Positions 41,699-51,721 of a DNA stretch of 64,000 nt are shown piece after piece (within the stretch, counting starts at the first letter, position 1; each line of letters starts with the position of its first letter). The notes under the pieces were generated by a model, which was not told the DNA's origin, ran no database searches, and was given only the letters and a program-made list of their open reading frames with translations. The translations under genes and the position numbers were made by a program. This stretch comes from an uncultured Gemmatimonadales bacterium (GTDB lineage: Bacteria; Gemmatimonadota; Gemmatimonadetes; Gemmatimonadales; GWC2-71-9), in the NCBI GenBank assembly GCA_963779755.1, contig CAVZZO010000003.1, forward strand, positions 896,001 through 960,000, given 5' to 3'.

Positions 41699-42588
41699 GG
41701 CGACCAGCGGACGCCGACGCGGTGGATGGTCCCGCCGCCGCTCCTGGCCTGATAGGCATAGTCAATCCCCAGCCGGCCCAGCACGATCCCGCCCCCGAAG
41801 GCAACCTTGCGCTGGCCCGTGCCGGCCGGCTGGGCGCCGGTTCCCACCCGCGCCACCAGCCCCACACCGTGCAGCACCACTCCCGTCTCCAGCCCGAAGA
41901 CGGTGCGCCGGTCCTGGCCTTCGGTCCAGACGGTCTCGACGGTGCCCAGCAAACGGGCGGTCGTCTGCGGGTCCACAAAATTGAACGTGAATCCCAGGCG
42001 GGTGCGGGTGGGAAGCAGGATGGGCGTGCCGCCCAGGCGCCGCTGATTGAAGTCCTGCACACTCACCGCCAGCGCCATGATGTCGAAGACCGCGATGGTA
42101 AGCCCGGCATCGTTCGCCAGCGCGCGCGAGATGTGCCCGCTGCTGTCCTCCACCGAGACATACTTCTCGGTGGCGCCCAGCGCCACCAGGCCGACCCGGT
42201 ACACGGCGCTCCCGGCCCAGAGCAGGTTGTCCTTGAGCGGCGAGCCCTTGCGGCGGTAGCGCAGGTAGTCGTACCCCGCCCCCAGGTTGAAGGGCCCCAG
42301 CCGCACGGCGCCCGCGCCCACCGACTGCAGGGCATCGGGCAGGTAATGGAAGGCGCCTTCCACGCCGAGATACTTGATGGTGGCGAGGCCGCTCGGATTG
42401 GTGAACACCGAGCCCGCATCGCCCACCAGCGCAACCGCCGCGCCGCCCATTGCCGCCGAGCGTACCGAGGCCGGCAGGGCCAGCACCTGCGGCGGGGGGA
42501 GGATGGAGTCGGTCTGCGCCGACACCCGGCCCCGACCGGCCAGGAGGAGGAGGGCTGCCAGCCATGCGGCCTTCGGCGGCGGGGGCAC
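41695..42588 (-). CDS. Outer-membrane beta-barrel protein, PorV/FadL/UPF0164-like
   Basis: Signal peptide; RSAAMGGA.VAL..DA.SVF.NPSGLA N-terminal motif; IDYAY...HRVGV C-terminus. Confidence 0.7.
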   Translation of the reverse strand: MPPPPKAAWLAALLLLAGRGRVSAQTDSILPPPQVLALPASVRSAAMGGAAVALVGDAGSVFTNPSGLATIKYLGVEGAFHYLPDALQSVGAGAVRLGPFNLGAGYDYLRYRRKGSPLKDNLLWAGSAVYRVGLVALGATEKYVSVEDSSGHISRALANDAGLTIAVFDIMALAVSVQDFNQRRLGGTPILLPTRTRLGFTFNFVDPQTTARLLGTVETVWTEGQDRRTVFGLETGVVLHGVGLVARVGTGAQPAGTGQRKVAFGGGIVLGRLGIDYAYQARSGGGTIHRVGVRWSP

Positions 42589-44241
42589 CTAGCGGATCCG
42601 GAACACCACCAGCCGGGGCACGGCCGTGCTGAAGCTCTGAGAGCCGGTTATCTGGAGATCGATCGCGGCGGCATTCGCGGTCTGGGTCACCAGTACGTGA
42701 TGCCCCGAGCCGCCGCGGATGATGCCGGTGTGGGCATACTGGCCGTTGGGGGCGGGATCGGGCACCAGGGGATAGGGCCCGCCGAGCGGCGGGTTGGTGA
42801 AGGCGCTGTCGAGGTCCCAGCTGGAGTAGCGCAGCCGGCCCGAGGTGTCCGCCACCGTGGGCTGATGCTCCAGATAGTTCGCCAGCTGCCATTGGCTCAC
42901 CAGCGTGGGGAAGGTGGTCCCGGTCGCGGCTTCCACATTCAGATAGCCGATCTTGCTGGTCTGGGTGAGCTTCCGGGTGAGATCGGTGGCCAGCACGGGG
43001 TCGGCGGCAAGGTGATCGCCCAGCCAGCGGATGAAGAGCCAGTTGGCGCCCCGCTCCTCCAGGGTGCCGAAGGAGTTCCCCGGCTCGATCAGATAGAAGG
43101 CCTCGGGATTCATGAGGTAGGCGCGGGCATTGCTCAGGTCGCCAAACCCGAACTGCTGCAGACAGTTGGCGAAACTGGTGGTGGTGGGGCAGCCCGCGCC
43201 CAGCTGCCGGCCGCCCAGCTCCTCGGCGAAGTGGGACAGCGCCTCGTCCAGCCAGGTAGACGGCGGGAACCCACCGCGCACCAGCACATGCTGGTTGAAG
43301 CTGATCATGTGGTGGAATTCGTGAATGAACACCGGGGGCAGGAATCCCAAAGCGTAGTTCTTGGAGATGGTGCAGGTCGTGTTGTTCGGGTCGGGGACCA
43401 GGCCGTAGAAGATCTCGCCGTGATTGGAACCGGTGTTGTTGGTCAGGTCGTTGCCGAAAAAGAACCCGAGTACGGCGCTGCCCGTCTGGTTGCAGGCGCC
43501 GCTCAGCTTGTTGACCTGGTCGGTCAGGAGGATGATCACCACGCTGTTCCCGTCCAGATCGGACTCCCGGCCGAAGGCGGTGGTATCGATGCCGTACATG
43601 TTGGGCGCGGGGCCGTCGAAGAGGGCGCCGATCTGGTCGATGTCGGTCTGGCTGTAGCCGCCGCCGGGCACCGTGTCGTCCAGGAAGATGGCGCCCCGGG
43701 TGCCCACGAACTTCGCGGTGGCCTGCACCTGGACGAAACTGCCGCAGGCTTGGTCGGCGCAGACGTTGAACACCGCCTTGCTCCCTACCACCGGCGGCCC
43801 CTGGAAGGGCCGGGGCGCCGCCCGCAGGGCCGGCGTGGCCGACAGCTGGCGGCCAAGCGCCTGCTCCCGCTGGCGCAGGCGATCGTGGAAGACCTCCGCA
43901 AAGGGCAACGCCCCGGCCGGCGGCGCCGGCCGGGGCGCGGCCGCCACCGCCACCGGCAACCCATTCAGTGCGTAGCCGGCGCTCACGCCGTTCAGGGCTT
44001 CCTGCCCCGCCCCGCTCAGAGCCACCACCAGGTGTTCCGCCCCGGAGGCGCCGGCGGCCGGCAGGCTGATGCACCCCCCCTGTACCGTCGGGTCGATAAT
44101 GGCAAACGTGCCGGCAGCCAGCGCCAGATTCTGATACTGCTGGCAGGTCACCACCGGCCCGACCGGCGGCTTGGTTCCCCCGCCGCAGGCGACGGTAGCG
44201 ACGGTGGCGGCGAGCAGAAGATGGGCAGTGAGGCGGGGCAC
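42589..44241 (-). CDS. Lipoprotein zinc metallopeptidase (M30-like gluzincin)
   Basis: GAGG RBS, GTG start, lipobox VATVAC; FG.ESD.D.N, GFF, HEFHHMI, WLDEALSH.AEE. Confidence 0.75.
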   Translation of the reverse strand: MPRLTAHLLLAATVATVACGGGTKPPVGPVVTCQQYQNLALAAGTFAIIDPTVQGGCISLPAAGASGAEHLVVALSGAGQEALNGVSAGYALNGLPVAVAAAPRPAPPAGALPFAEVFHDRLRQREQALGRQLSATPALRAAPRPFQGPPVVGSKAVFNVCADQACGSFVQVQATAKFVGTRGAIFLDDTVPGGGYSQTDIDQIGALFDGPAPNMYGIDTTAFGRESDLDGNSVVIILLTDQVNKLSGACNQTGSAVLGFFFGNDLTNNTGSNHGEIFYGLVPDPNNTTCTISKNYALGFLPPVFIHEFHHMISFNQHVLVRGGFPPSTWLDEALSHFAEELGGRQLGAGCPTTTSFANCLQQFGFGDLSNARAYLMNPEAFYLIEPGNSFGTLEERGANWLFIRWLGDHLAADPVLATDLTRKLTQTSKIGYLNVEAATGTTFPTLVSQWQLANYLEHQPTVADTSGRLRYSSWDLDSAFTNPPLGGPYPLVPDPAPNGQYAHTGIIRGGSGHHVLVTQTANAAAIDLQITGSQSFSTAVPRLVVFRIR

Positions 44242-44273
44242 GAAGGGAACCTCGAAAGGGAGGTGATAGACTG

Positions 44274-44287
44274 GCTTAAGCTTAAGC
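44274..44287. promoter_or_regulatory. Perfect 14-bp palindrome, candidate operator
   Basis: GCTTAAGCTTAAGC in the divergent intergenic region. Confidence 0.4.
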
Positions 44288-44300
44288 GGGACAACGGCTT

Positions 44301-44329
44301 TTGACAATTGCTGCTGCCCGGGATAGCTT
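44301..44329 (+). promoter_or_regulatory. Sigma70-type promoter for the dnaE operon
   Basis: TTGACA (44301-44306), 17 nt, TAGCTT (44324-44329). Confidence 0.7.
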
Positions 44330-44503
44330 CCTCCCATCCACGGACAGCCGGCCGGACCGGAATGCCCCGGGCCGCCGATTCCTTCCGCAGGAGACGTCCC
44401 GGACCGCACCGGGGCCACGCGAACGCCTCGCTCCGCGCATCCGGCGGCGGGCCACAGACCATCAATCCGGCATGACCGGGCGCTCGGCGCCCGTCTTTGG
44501 GGC

Positions 44504-47500
44504 ATGGCTTTCGTTCACCTGCATACCCATAGCGAGTTTTCCCTGCTCGACGGAGCCAACCGGATCGAGGATCTGGTCGGCCACGTCAAGAAGCTCGGTA
44601 TGGACAGCCTGGCCGTGACCGATCACGGCAATATGCACGCGGCCTGGTCCTTCTACGACCAGGCGACACGTCAGGGCATCCGCCCGATTCTGGGGTTTGA
44701 GGCGTATCTGGCTTTCGGGTCCCGCCGGCTGCAGCAGAAGCTGCCCGAGGCCCCCGCCGCCTACAGCCACCTGGTCCTGCTGGCCCGCAACCAGGCCGGT
44801 TACCGCAATCTCATCCGGCTCACGTCCATCGGCTACACCGAGGGATTCTACCGCCGGCCCCGCATCGACCGGGAAGTCCTGGCCCGGCACGCCGGCGGGC
44901 TGGTCTGCCTGGCGGCCTGTCTCAGCGGCGAGATCGCGCTGTACCTGCGGCAGCACCGCTATGAAGAGGCCCGCAAGTCGGCCGAGTGGTTCGCGCAGAC
45001 CTTCGGCCGGGACAATTTCTGGCTGGAGATCCAGAAGCACGGCATCGCCGAGGAAGACCTGGTCACCGAGGGCATGCTGCGGCTGGGAGCGGAGCTGGGG
45101 CTGGGTGTGGTGGCCACCAATGACGCCCATTATCTCCGCCGGGAGGACGCCGAGGCGCACGATGTGCTGCTGGCGATCGGCACCGGCAGCGACCTGGACG
45201 ACCCCAGGCGGTTCCGCTTCACCGGCCAGGAATCCTATGTGAAGAGCGAGCAGGAAATGCGCGCGCTCTTCCCCGACCATCCGGAGACGCTGGCCAATAC
45301 CCAGGCGGTGGCCGATCGGTGCGAGTTTGCCTTCGAAAAGAAGTACTTCGTTCCGGAGTTTCCCCGGCCCGCGGCCTATGCCTCCGACGAGGCCCTGCTG
45401 GAGGACCTGGCGACCCGGGGGGCCCACGGGCGGTACGGCGACCCGCTGCCCGAGCCGGTGCAGCAGCGGCTGGCCTACGAGCTGGGCGTCATCCGCACGG
45501 CGGGTTACGCCGGCTATTTCCTCATCGTGCAGGATTTCATCGCGGCGGCGCGGGAACGCGGCATTCCGGTGGGGCCGGGCCGCGGTTCGGCCGCGGGCTC
45601 GCTGGTGGCCTATGCACTGGGCATCACCAACGTCGACCCGCTGCGGTTCGATCTGCTGTTCGAGCGGTTCCTGAATCCCGAGCGCGTCTCCATGCCGGAT
45701 ATCGACGTGGACTTCTGCTTCGAGCGCCGGGGCGAGGTGATCGAATATGTCCGCCAGCGCTACGGCCGGGAGAGCGTGGGCCAGATCATCACCTTCGGGA
45801 CGATGAAAGCGCGCGCGGCGGTGAAGGACGTGGCCCGGGTCCTGAAGATTCCGCCGGGCGAGGCCGACAAGATCACCAAGCTCATTCCCTCGGGGCCGGC
45901 GTACAGCCTCACCCTCAAGGAGGCCGCCGGGCGGATCGACGAGTTGCGGGAGCTCACCCGCGATCCGCTCTACCGGCGGCTGGTGGATCTGGGCTCCCGC
46001 ATCGAGGGGATGTCGCGCCACGCCTCGGTGCACGCGGCCGGCGTGGTGATCGCTCCCGGGCCCCTCAGCGACTATGTGCCGGTATGCACCGCGCCCACCA
46101 AGGGCGCGGGGCAGAGCGCCGGTGAAGACGCGATCATCACCCAGTACGACATGATCGCGCTGGAGAAGGTCGGCATGCTCAAGATGGACATGCTCGGCCT
46201 CAAGACGCTGACGGTAATCCACGACGCGGTGCAGATGGTCCGCGACCGGCACGGCGCCGCGCCCGACATGGACACGCTTCCCTTCGACGATCCGGAGGTC
46301 TACCAGCTGCTGCGGAAGGGCCGCACCGCCGGGGTCTTCCAGTTCGAGTCGCCGCTGGCCACCGAGACGCTGCGCAACATGAAGTGCGACCGGTTCGACG
46401 ACCTGGTCGCCTGCAACGCCCTGCTGCGTCCCGGCCCGCTGGACGCGGGGATGCACACCGTGTTCATCCGGCGCAAGCTGGGGCTGGAGCCGGTGACCTA
46501 TCCCCATCCGTCGCTCCGGGAGGTGCTGGAGCCCACCTACGGGGTCATCACCTATCAGGAGCAGGTGATGCGCATCGCCAATGTGCTGGCCGGCTTCAGC
46601 CTGGCCGAAGCCGACGTGCTGCGGAAGGCGGTGGGCAAGAAGGACACGGAGCTGATCCGCAGGGAGCTGGGCAGGTTCGTGGAGCGCGCCATCGCCCTGG
46701 GGCACGAGCGCCGCCTGGTGGAGGACATTGCCGCGCAGATCGAGACCTTCGGCCGCTACGGATTCAACAAGTCGCACTCGGTGGCCTACTCGGTGCTGAG
46801 CTACCAGACGGCGTGGCTCAAGACGCACCACCCGGCCGAGTTCATGGCGGCGCTGCTCAGCTCGGAAATCGGGAACACCGACAAGGTGGTGCAGTACATC
46901 AACGAAGCGCGCGAGCTGGGGCTCGAGGTGCTGCCGCCCAGCGTGAGCGAGTCGGGCTTCAAGTTCACCGTCGTAGGCGAGCAGCGGATCCGCTTCGGGC
47001 TGGGCGCGGTGCGCAACGTGGGCTGGGGCGCCATCGAGTCGATCATCGCGGCGCGCGACGGCGGCCCCTTCGAGAGCCTGGCCGATTTTGTCCAGCGGAT
47101 CGACCTGCGCCTCTGCAACAAGCGGGTGGTGGAGTCGCTGATCGCCGCCGGCGCCTGCGACGGCCTGGGCGGCCACCGGGCCCAGTTGCTCGCCGGGCTG
47201 GACGAAGCGCTGGGCGAGGCGCAGCTGCGGCAGCAGGAGCGGGAGGCGGGCCAGGCCTCGCTCTTCGGCGACGCGGTGCCCGCCGCCCCGGCGGCCCGGG
47301 CCGGCCTGCCGGAGGCCCCGGAGTGGACCGAAGCCGAGCGGCTGGCGCGGGAAAAGGAGGTGCTCGGGTTCTTCATCAGCGGCCACCCGCTGGAGCGCTA
47401 CCGCAGCGAGGTGGAGCTGTTCGGCACCCGGACCACGGCCACGCTGGGCGAATGGAGCGAGCACCCGGTAACCATCGCGGCGGTGGTCACCATGGTGAAG

Positions 47501-47980
47501 CGCCAGATCTCCAAGAAGACGGGCAAGGAATACGCCCGGCTGGTGCTGGAGGACTTCCACGGCACCGGCGAGGCGCTGGTGTTCCCCGATGCCTGGGCCA
47601 AGCTCAACCAGGTTGTGCGGGAAGACTCCTGCCTGCTGCTGACCGGCGGCTTCAGCACTCGCGACCGGGGCGAGGAGCGGGCGCCCTTCGTGGTGGAGGG
47701 AGCCCAGCCCCTGGACGACCTGCGCGCCTCCGGCGCCATCGGCCTGAGCCTGGCCTGGGGCGCCCCGGGAGCGCCGCCCGCGTCGCAGCTCCGGGCTGCG
47801 GCGTCGCTCTGCGCCAAGCACCCGGGGCCGGTCCCGCTCTATATTGAGTGGAACGACGGGAACGGAGAGTCACTGCGCCTGCGCTCCCGCCGGCTGCGCG
47901 TGGCGGCCGACGAGGACCTGGTCCGCACCCTGCGGCAGCTGCTGGGGCCGGTCACCATCCACTACGTCAAGGCGAGCTGA
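44504..47980 (+). CDS. dnaE: DNA polymerase III alpha subunit
   Basis: FVHLHTHSEFSLLDG, TDHG, GPGRGSAAGS, PDIDVDF, YGFNKSHS; no intein-sized insert. Confidence 0.98.
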   Translation: MAFVHLHTHSEFSLLDGANRIEDLVGHVKKLGMDSLAVTDHGNMHAAWSFYDQATRQGIRPILGFEAYLAFGSRRLQQKLPEAPAAYSHLVLLARNQAGYRNLIRLTSIGYTEGFYRRPRIDREVLARHAGGLVCLAACLSGEIALYLRQHRYEEARKSAEWFAQTFGRDNFWLEIQKHGIAEEDLVTEGMLRLGAELGLGVVATNDAHYLRREDAEAHDVLLAIGTGSDLDDPRRFRFTGQESYVKSEQEMRALFPDHPETLANTQAVADRCEFAFEKKYFVPEFPRPAAYASDEALLEDLATRGAHGRYGDPLPEPVQQRLAYELGVIRTAGYAGYFLIVQDFIAAARERGIPVGPGRGSAAGSLVAYALGITNVDPLRFDLLFERFLNPERVSMPDIDVDFCFERRGEVIEYVRQRYGRESVGQIITFGTMKARAAVKDVARVLKIPPGEADKITKLIPSGPAYSLTLKEAAGRIDELRELTRDPLYRRLVDLGSRIEGMSRHASVHAAGVVIAPGPLSDYVPVCTAPTKGAGQSAGEDAIITQYDMIALEKVGMLKMDMLGLKTLTVIHDAVQMVRDRHGAAPDMDTLPFDDPEVYQLLRKGRTAGVFQFESPLATETLRNMKCDRFDDLVACNALLRPGPLDAGMHTVFIRRKLGLEPVTYPHPSLREVLEPTYGVITYQEQVMRIANVLAGFSLAEADVLRKAVGKKDTELIRRELGRFVERAIALGHERRLVEDIAAQIETFGRYGFNKSHSVAYSVLSYQTAWLKTHHPAEFMAALLSSEIGNTDKVVQYINEARELGLEVLPPSVSESGFKFTVVGEQRIRFGLGAVRNVGWGAIESIIAARDGGPFESLADFVQRIDLRLCNKRVVESLIAAGACDGLGGHRAQLLAGLDEALGEAQLRQQEREAGQASLFGDAVPAAPAARAGLPEAPEWTEAERLAREKEVLGFFISGHPLERYRSEVELFGTRTTATLGEWSEHPVTIAAVVTMVKRQISKKTGKEYARLVLEDFHGTGEALVFPDAWAKLNQVVREDSCLLLTGGFSTRDRGEERAPFVVEGAQPLDDLRASGAIGLSLAWGAPGAPPASQLRAAASLCAKHPGPVPLYIEWNDGNGESLRLRSRRLRVAADEDLVRTLRQLLGPVTIHYVKAS

Positions 47981-47984
47981 CCGC

Positions 47985-48947
47985 ATGGCCACCGTCTACG
48001 CGCTGGATTTCGAGAAACCCCTCCTCGAGCTCGAGCGCCAGATCGAGGACCTCAAGCGGCTGGGAACTGAGCGGCAGATCGACGTCAGCGACGAGCTGGC
48101 GAGTCTGCAGAGCCGGCTGGCCTCGCGGCGGGCGGAGATCTACCAGACGCTCACGCCCATGCAGCGGGTCATGGTGGCACGGCATCCGCGGCGCCCCTAT
48201 TCGCTGGATTATCTCTCCACCATCTTCACCGATTTCATCGAGCTGCACGGCGACCGGCTCTACCGGGACGACCCGGCGATCGTCGGCGGATGGGCCCGCC
48301 TGGCCGGCGCGTCGGTCATGGTGATCGGCCACCAGAAGGGACGCGACACCAAAGAGAACCTGCGGCGCAACTTCGGCATGGCCCATCCCGAGGGCTACCG
48401 CAAGGCGCTGCGGCTGATGCGTCTGGCCGCCAAGTTCTCCGCGCCGGTGATCACCCTGATCGACACCGACGGAGCCTACCCCGGGCTGGGCGCCGAAGAG
48501 CGCGGCCAGTCGGAAGCGCTGGCCACCAATATCCTGGAGATGGCGCGGCTGGAAACGCCGATCGTCGCCGCGGTGATCGGCACCGGCGGATCGGGCGGCG
48601 CCCTGGCGCTGGGAGTGGCCGACCGCATCCTGATGATGGAAAACTCGGTCTATTCGGTCATCTCGCCCGAGGGCTGCGCCGCCATCCTGTGGAAGGATGC
48701 CTCGCTGCGCGAGCGGGCGGCCGAAGCCCTCAAGCTCACCCCGCAGGACCTGCTGCGGCTCAGGGTCATCGACGAGATCGTCCCCGAACCGGTCGGCGGC
48801 GCCCACGTGGATCCCGACGGGGCGGGCGAGGTCCTGCGCGAGGCGCTGATCCGCCACGTGACCGAGCTGCGCAAGGTCAAGCCCGAGAAGCTCATTCGCC
48901 GGCGGGCCGAGAAGTACGCCGCGATGGGAGCCTTTACCGAAGTCTGA
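47985..48947 (+). CDS. accA: Acetyl-CoA carboxylase carboxyltransferase alpha
   Basis: LDFEKP, ARHPRRP, ELHGDR, NFGM.HPEGYRKA, AEERGQ, SVISPEGCA. Confidence 0.97.
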   Translation: MATVYALDFEKPLLELERQIEDLKRLGTERQIDVSDELASLQSRLASRRAEIYQTLTPMQRVMVARHPRRPYSLDYLSTIFTDFIELHGDRLYRDDPAIVGGWARLAGASVMVIGHQKGRDTKENLRRNFGMAHPEGYRKALRLMRLAAKFSAPVITLIDTDGAYPGLGAEERGQSEALATNILEMARLETPIVAAVIGTGGSGGALALGVADRILMMENSVYSVISPEGCAAILWKDASLRERAAEALKLTPQDLLRLRVIDEIVPEPVGGAHVDPDGAGEVLREALIRHVTELRKVKPEKLIRRRAEKYAAMGAFTEV

Positions 48948-49993
48948 TGCAGACGATCGAAATCCGCTTCAAGGGCAATCGCCGGGCCTTCTATCAATGG
49001 CCCTCGCCGGACGATCCGCTCCGCCTGCAGGAGGCGGTGATCGTCGAGGCGGAGCGCGGGCTGGACCTGGGCCGCGTGAGCGCCGTGGGAGAGGTGGCGC
49101 AGAAGAAGTGCGGCAGCGGCTGCGGCAGCAGCTGCGGCCCGGCCGCCGACGCCGCGGCGCCCGCGGCAGCGGCCGCGCCCCGGGTGGTGCGGCGCGCCGC
49201 CCAGGAAGACGTTCGTACCGCCAACGAGCTGCGCAAGTCCGAGGAAGAGGTACGGCGGAAGGTGATCGAGCGGGTGCGGGACCATCAGCTCACCATGAAG
49301 GTGAGCGATGCCGAGTGGCAGTGGGACCGGAACAAGCTCACCGTCTATTTCACCGCCGAGAAGCGGGTGGATTTCCGGGCCCTGGTGCGCGACCTGGCGA
49401 GCCTCTTCCGCACCCGGATCGAGCTGCGCCAGATCGGCGTGCGCGACGAGGCGGCGCGCCTCTCCGGCGTGGGCCGCTGCGGCCGGGAATACTGCTGCTC
49501 CAGCTGGCTGCCCGAGCTGTCCCCCGTCAATCTCAGCCTCGCCAAGGACCAGCACCTCTCGCTCAACCCGCAGCAGATCAGCGGCGGATGCGGCCGCCTG
49601 CTCTGCTGCCTGCGCTACGAGCACGACTTCTACGTCGCGGCCCGCAAGCGTTTCCCCAAGGAAGGCCGGACCCTGCAGACCGCGCGCGGTGCCGAGCGGG
49701 TGATCGCGGTGGACATCTTCCGGGAACGGGTGTTCCTCCGCAGCGAGGAGCACGGCGCACGCATCCTCCCCCTGGTCGAGCTGCGCGAGGAAGTGGACCA
49801 GCTCGCGCCCGTCACCCCGGGCCGGCTCGCCCCGGCGGAGCCGGCGGCCCCCGAGAGCCCGCCGCCGGCCGCGCCGCCGGCCGGCGAGACGCCCACCGCC
49901 GGACCGGGCCGCAAGCGCCGCCGCCGCCGCGGGCGCCGCGGCCGCGGCGGCGGCGGCCTGGGCGGCACGCCTTCCAAGCCTTCCGAGTCCTGA
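48947..49993 (+). CDS. ricT: PSP1/YaaT (RicT)-family Fe-S protein
   Basis: YFTAEKRVDFR.LV, RIELRQIGVRDEA, G.CGREYCC, AKDQ.LSLNP..ISG.CGRLLCCL.YE. Confidence 0.88.
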   Translation: MQTIEIRFKGNRRAFYQWPSPDDPLRLQEAVIVEAERGLDLGRVSAVGEVAQKKCGSGCGSSCGPAADAAAPAAAAAPRVVRRAAQEDVRTANELRKSEEEVRRKVIERVRDHQLTMKVSDAEWQWDRNKLTVYFTAEKRVDFRALVRDLASLFRTRIELRQIGVRDEAARLSGVGRCGREYCCSSWLPELSPVNLSLAKDQHLSLNPQQISGGCGRLLCCLRYEHDFYVAARKRFPKEGRTLQTARGAERVIAVDIFRERVFLRSEEHGARILPLVELREEVDQLAPVTPGRLAPAEPAAPESPPPAAPPAGETPTAGPGRKRRRRRGRRGRGGGGLGGTPSKPSES

Positions 49994-51514
49994 GTGGCGA
50001 GCTTCTACCTCACCACCGCCATTGACTACTCCAACGGCGATCCCCACCTGGGGCACGCGCTGGAGAAGATCGGCGCCGACTGCATCGCCCGCTATCGCCG
50101 GCTGCGGGGCGACGCGGTCCATTTTCTCATCGGGATGGACGAGCACGGGCAGAAGGTGGCCCAGACCGCCGCCGAACGCGGCCTGGAACCCCAGCAGCTG
50201 GTGGATCAGGTCGCCGTGGCCTTCCAGGCCATGTGGCGCCGGCTGGCCATCTCCTACGACCAGTTCATCCGCACCACCGATCCGGCGCACGCCCGCGGGG
50301 TGCGCGCGCTGATCGAACGGATGTTCCAGCGCCGTCGCGACGACTTCTACGAGCGCAGCTACGAAGGCTGGTACTGCGTGGGGTGCGAGCTGTTCAAGCG
50401 GGAAAACGAAATCGAAAACGGCCATTGCCTGTTGCACCCCACGCGCGAGCTGCAGTGGGCGCAGGAGACCAACTGGTTCTTCCGCCTGAGCCGCTACCAG
50501 GACTTCCTCCAGCGGCTCTTCCGCGAGCAGCCCGATTTCCTCCAGCCCGCCAGCCGCCGCAACGAGATTCTGGCCCTGCTGGATGCCGGACTGGAAGACA
50601 TCTCCATCACCCGCTCCCGCCTGGCCTGGGCCATTCCCTTCCCCGAGCCCACGGCGGCGGGCGAAATGCAGGGCACCTGGGTCTGGTTCGACGCGCTGCC
50701 GAATTATCTCACCGCCACGGGCTTCCCCGATCCGGGCTTCGAAAAGCGCTGGCCGGCCGACCTTCACGTGGTGGGCAAGGATATCACCCGGTTGCACGCG
50801 GTCATCTGGCCCGCCATGCTGGAATCGGCCGGCCTGCCGCTGCCCCGGCGGGTCTGGGCCCACGGCTTCGTCCAGACCGGCGGTGAGCGGTTCTCCAAAT
50901 CAGCCGGCGTGCGGATCGATCTGGGCGAGGCCGTGGACCGCTTCGGCCCCGATGCCTTCCGCTACTTCCTTCTGCGCGAGGTCGGGTTCGAGAACGACGG
51001 CAACTTCACCTGGGAACGGTTCGCGGAGCGCTACACCGCCGACCTGGCGGACGGCCTGGGCAATCTGGTCTCCCGCTCGCTCGCCATGATCGAGAAGTAC
51101 CGGGAGGGCAGGATTCCCGTCTCCGCCGGCACCTCGCCGCTGGATCGAGCCGGTGTCGAGACGGTGCGCGCCTATGCCGCCGCGATGGACGCGCTGAACC
51201 TCCGGGAGGGGGCCGCCGCCACCTGGGGACTGGTCGCCCGGGCCAACCAGTACATCGTGGAAACGGCCCCCTGGACCCTTGCAAAACAGGGAAAAACGGC
51301 GGAACTCGACCAGGTCCTGGGCAGCCTGGCCGCCTGCCTCATCCGGCTGGCCCTGCTCACGGTGCCCTTCATGCCGGGCCGGGCCCAGGCGATCTGGGAT
51401 GCCCTGGGTGGCGCCGGCTCCATCGATCAGGCGGGGTGGGACCGTGTCGAGAATCCCGACGGTACCGGGCAACTCGTTCGCAAGCCGGAGACTCTCTTTC
51501 CCAAGCCGGTCTGA
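49994..51514 (+). CDS. metG: Methionine--tRNA ligase (short form, no C-terminal tRNA-binding domain)
   Basis: FYLTTAIDY.NG.PHLGH, G.DEHGQK, VWFDAL.NY, GKDI, FSKS, LFPK. Confidence 0.95.
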   Translation: MASFYLTTAIDYSNGDPHLGHALEKIGADCIARYRRLRGDAVHFLIGMDEHGQKVAQTAAERGLEPQQLVDQVAVAFQAMWRRLAISYDQFIRTTDPAHARGVRALIERMFQRRRDDFYERSYEGWYCVGCELFKRENEIENGHCLLHPTRELQWAQETNWFFRLSRYQDFLQRLFREQPDFLQPASRRNEILALLDAGLEDISITRSRLAWAIPFPEPTAAGEMQGTWVWFDALPNYLTATGFPDPGFEKRWPADLHVVGKDITRLHAVIWPAMLESAGLPLPRRVWAHGFVQTGGERFSKSAGVRIDLGEAVDRFGPDAFRYFLLREVGFENDGNFTWERFAERYTADLADGLGNLVSRSLAMIEKYREGRIPVSAGTSPLDRAGVETVRAYAAAMDALNLREGAAATWGLVARANQYIVETAPWTLAKQGKTAELDQVLGSLAACLIRLALLTVPFMPGRAQAIWDALGGAGSIDQAGWDRVENPDGTGQLVRKPETLFPKPV

Positions 51515-51526
51515 GAGGGTCAACTA

Positions 51527-51539
51527 TTTGACAGTCAAA
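51527..51539. promoter_or_regulatory. Palindrome TTTGAC-A-GTCAAA in an AT-rich intergenic patch
   Basis: 6-bp perfect inverted repeat containing TTGACA; second TTGACA at 51563. Confidence 0.45.
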
Positions 51540-51721
51540 CACTTAAACATGTCAGGTTACTCTTGACACGGGGTGGCGGCGAGGCCAGGTTTTCCCGGCC
51601 TGCGGGTTCCCCATAGTCCCGTTCTTGCAGGCAACTCCCTGAGTAACAACTGCAGTCGCCGGTCCGGTGGTTTCATTGCAGTCCGCTGTGTCGTCGCCGA
51701 CCGTCAGCCATGGATGCGTGC

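Noticed and set aside
44504..47980. Intein or split in dnaE
   Set aside because: The length (1158 aa) and continuous motifs fit an uninterrupted enzyme.
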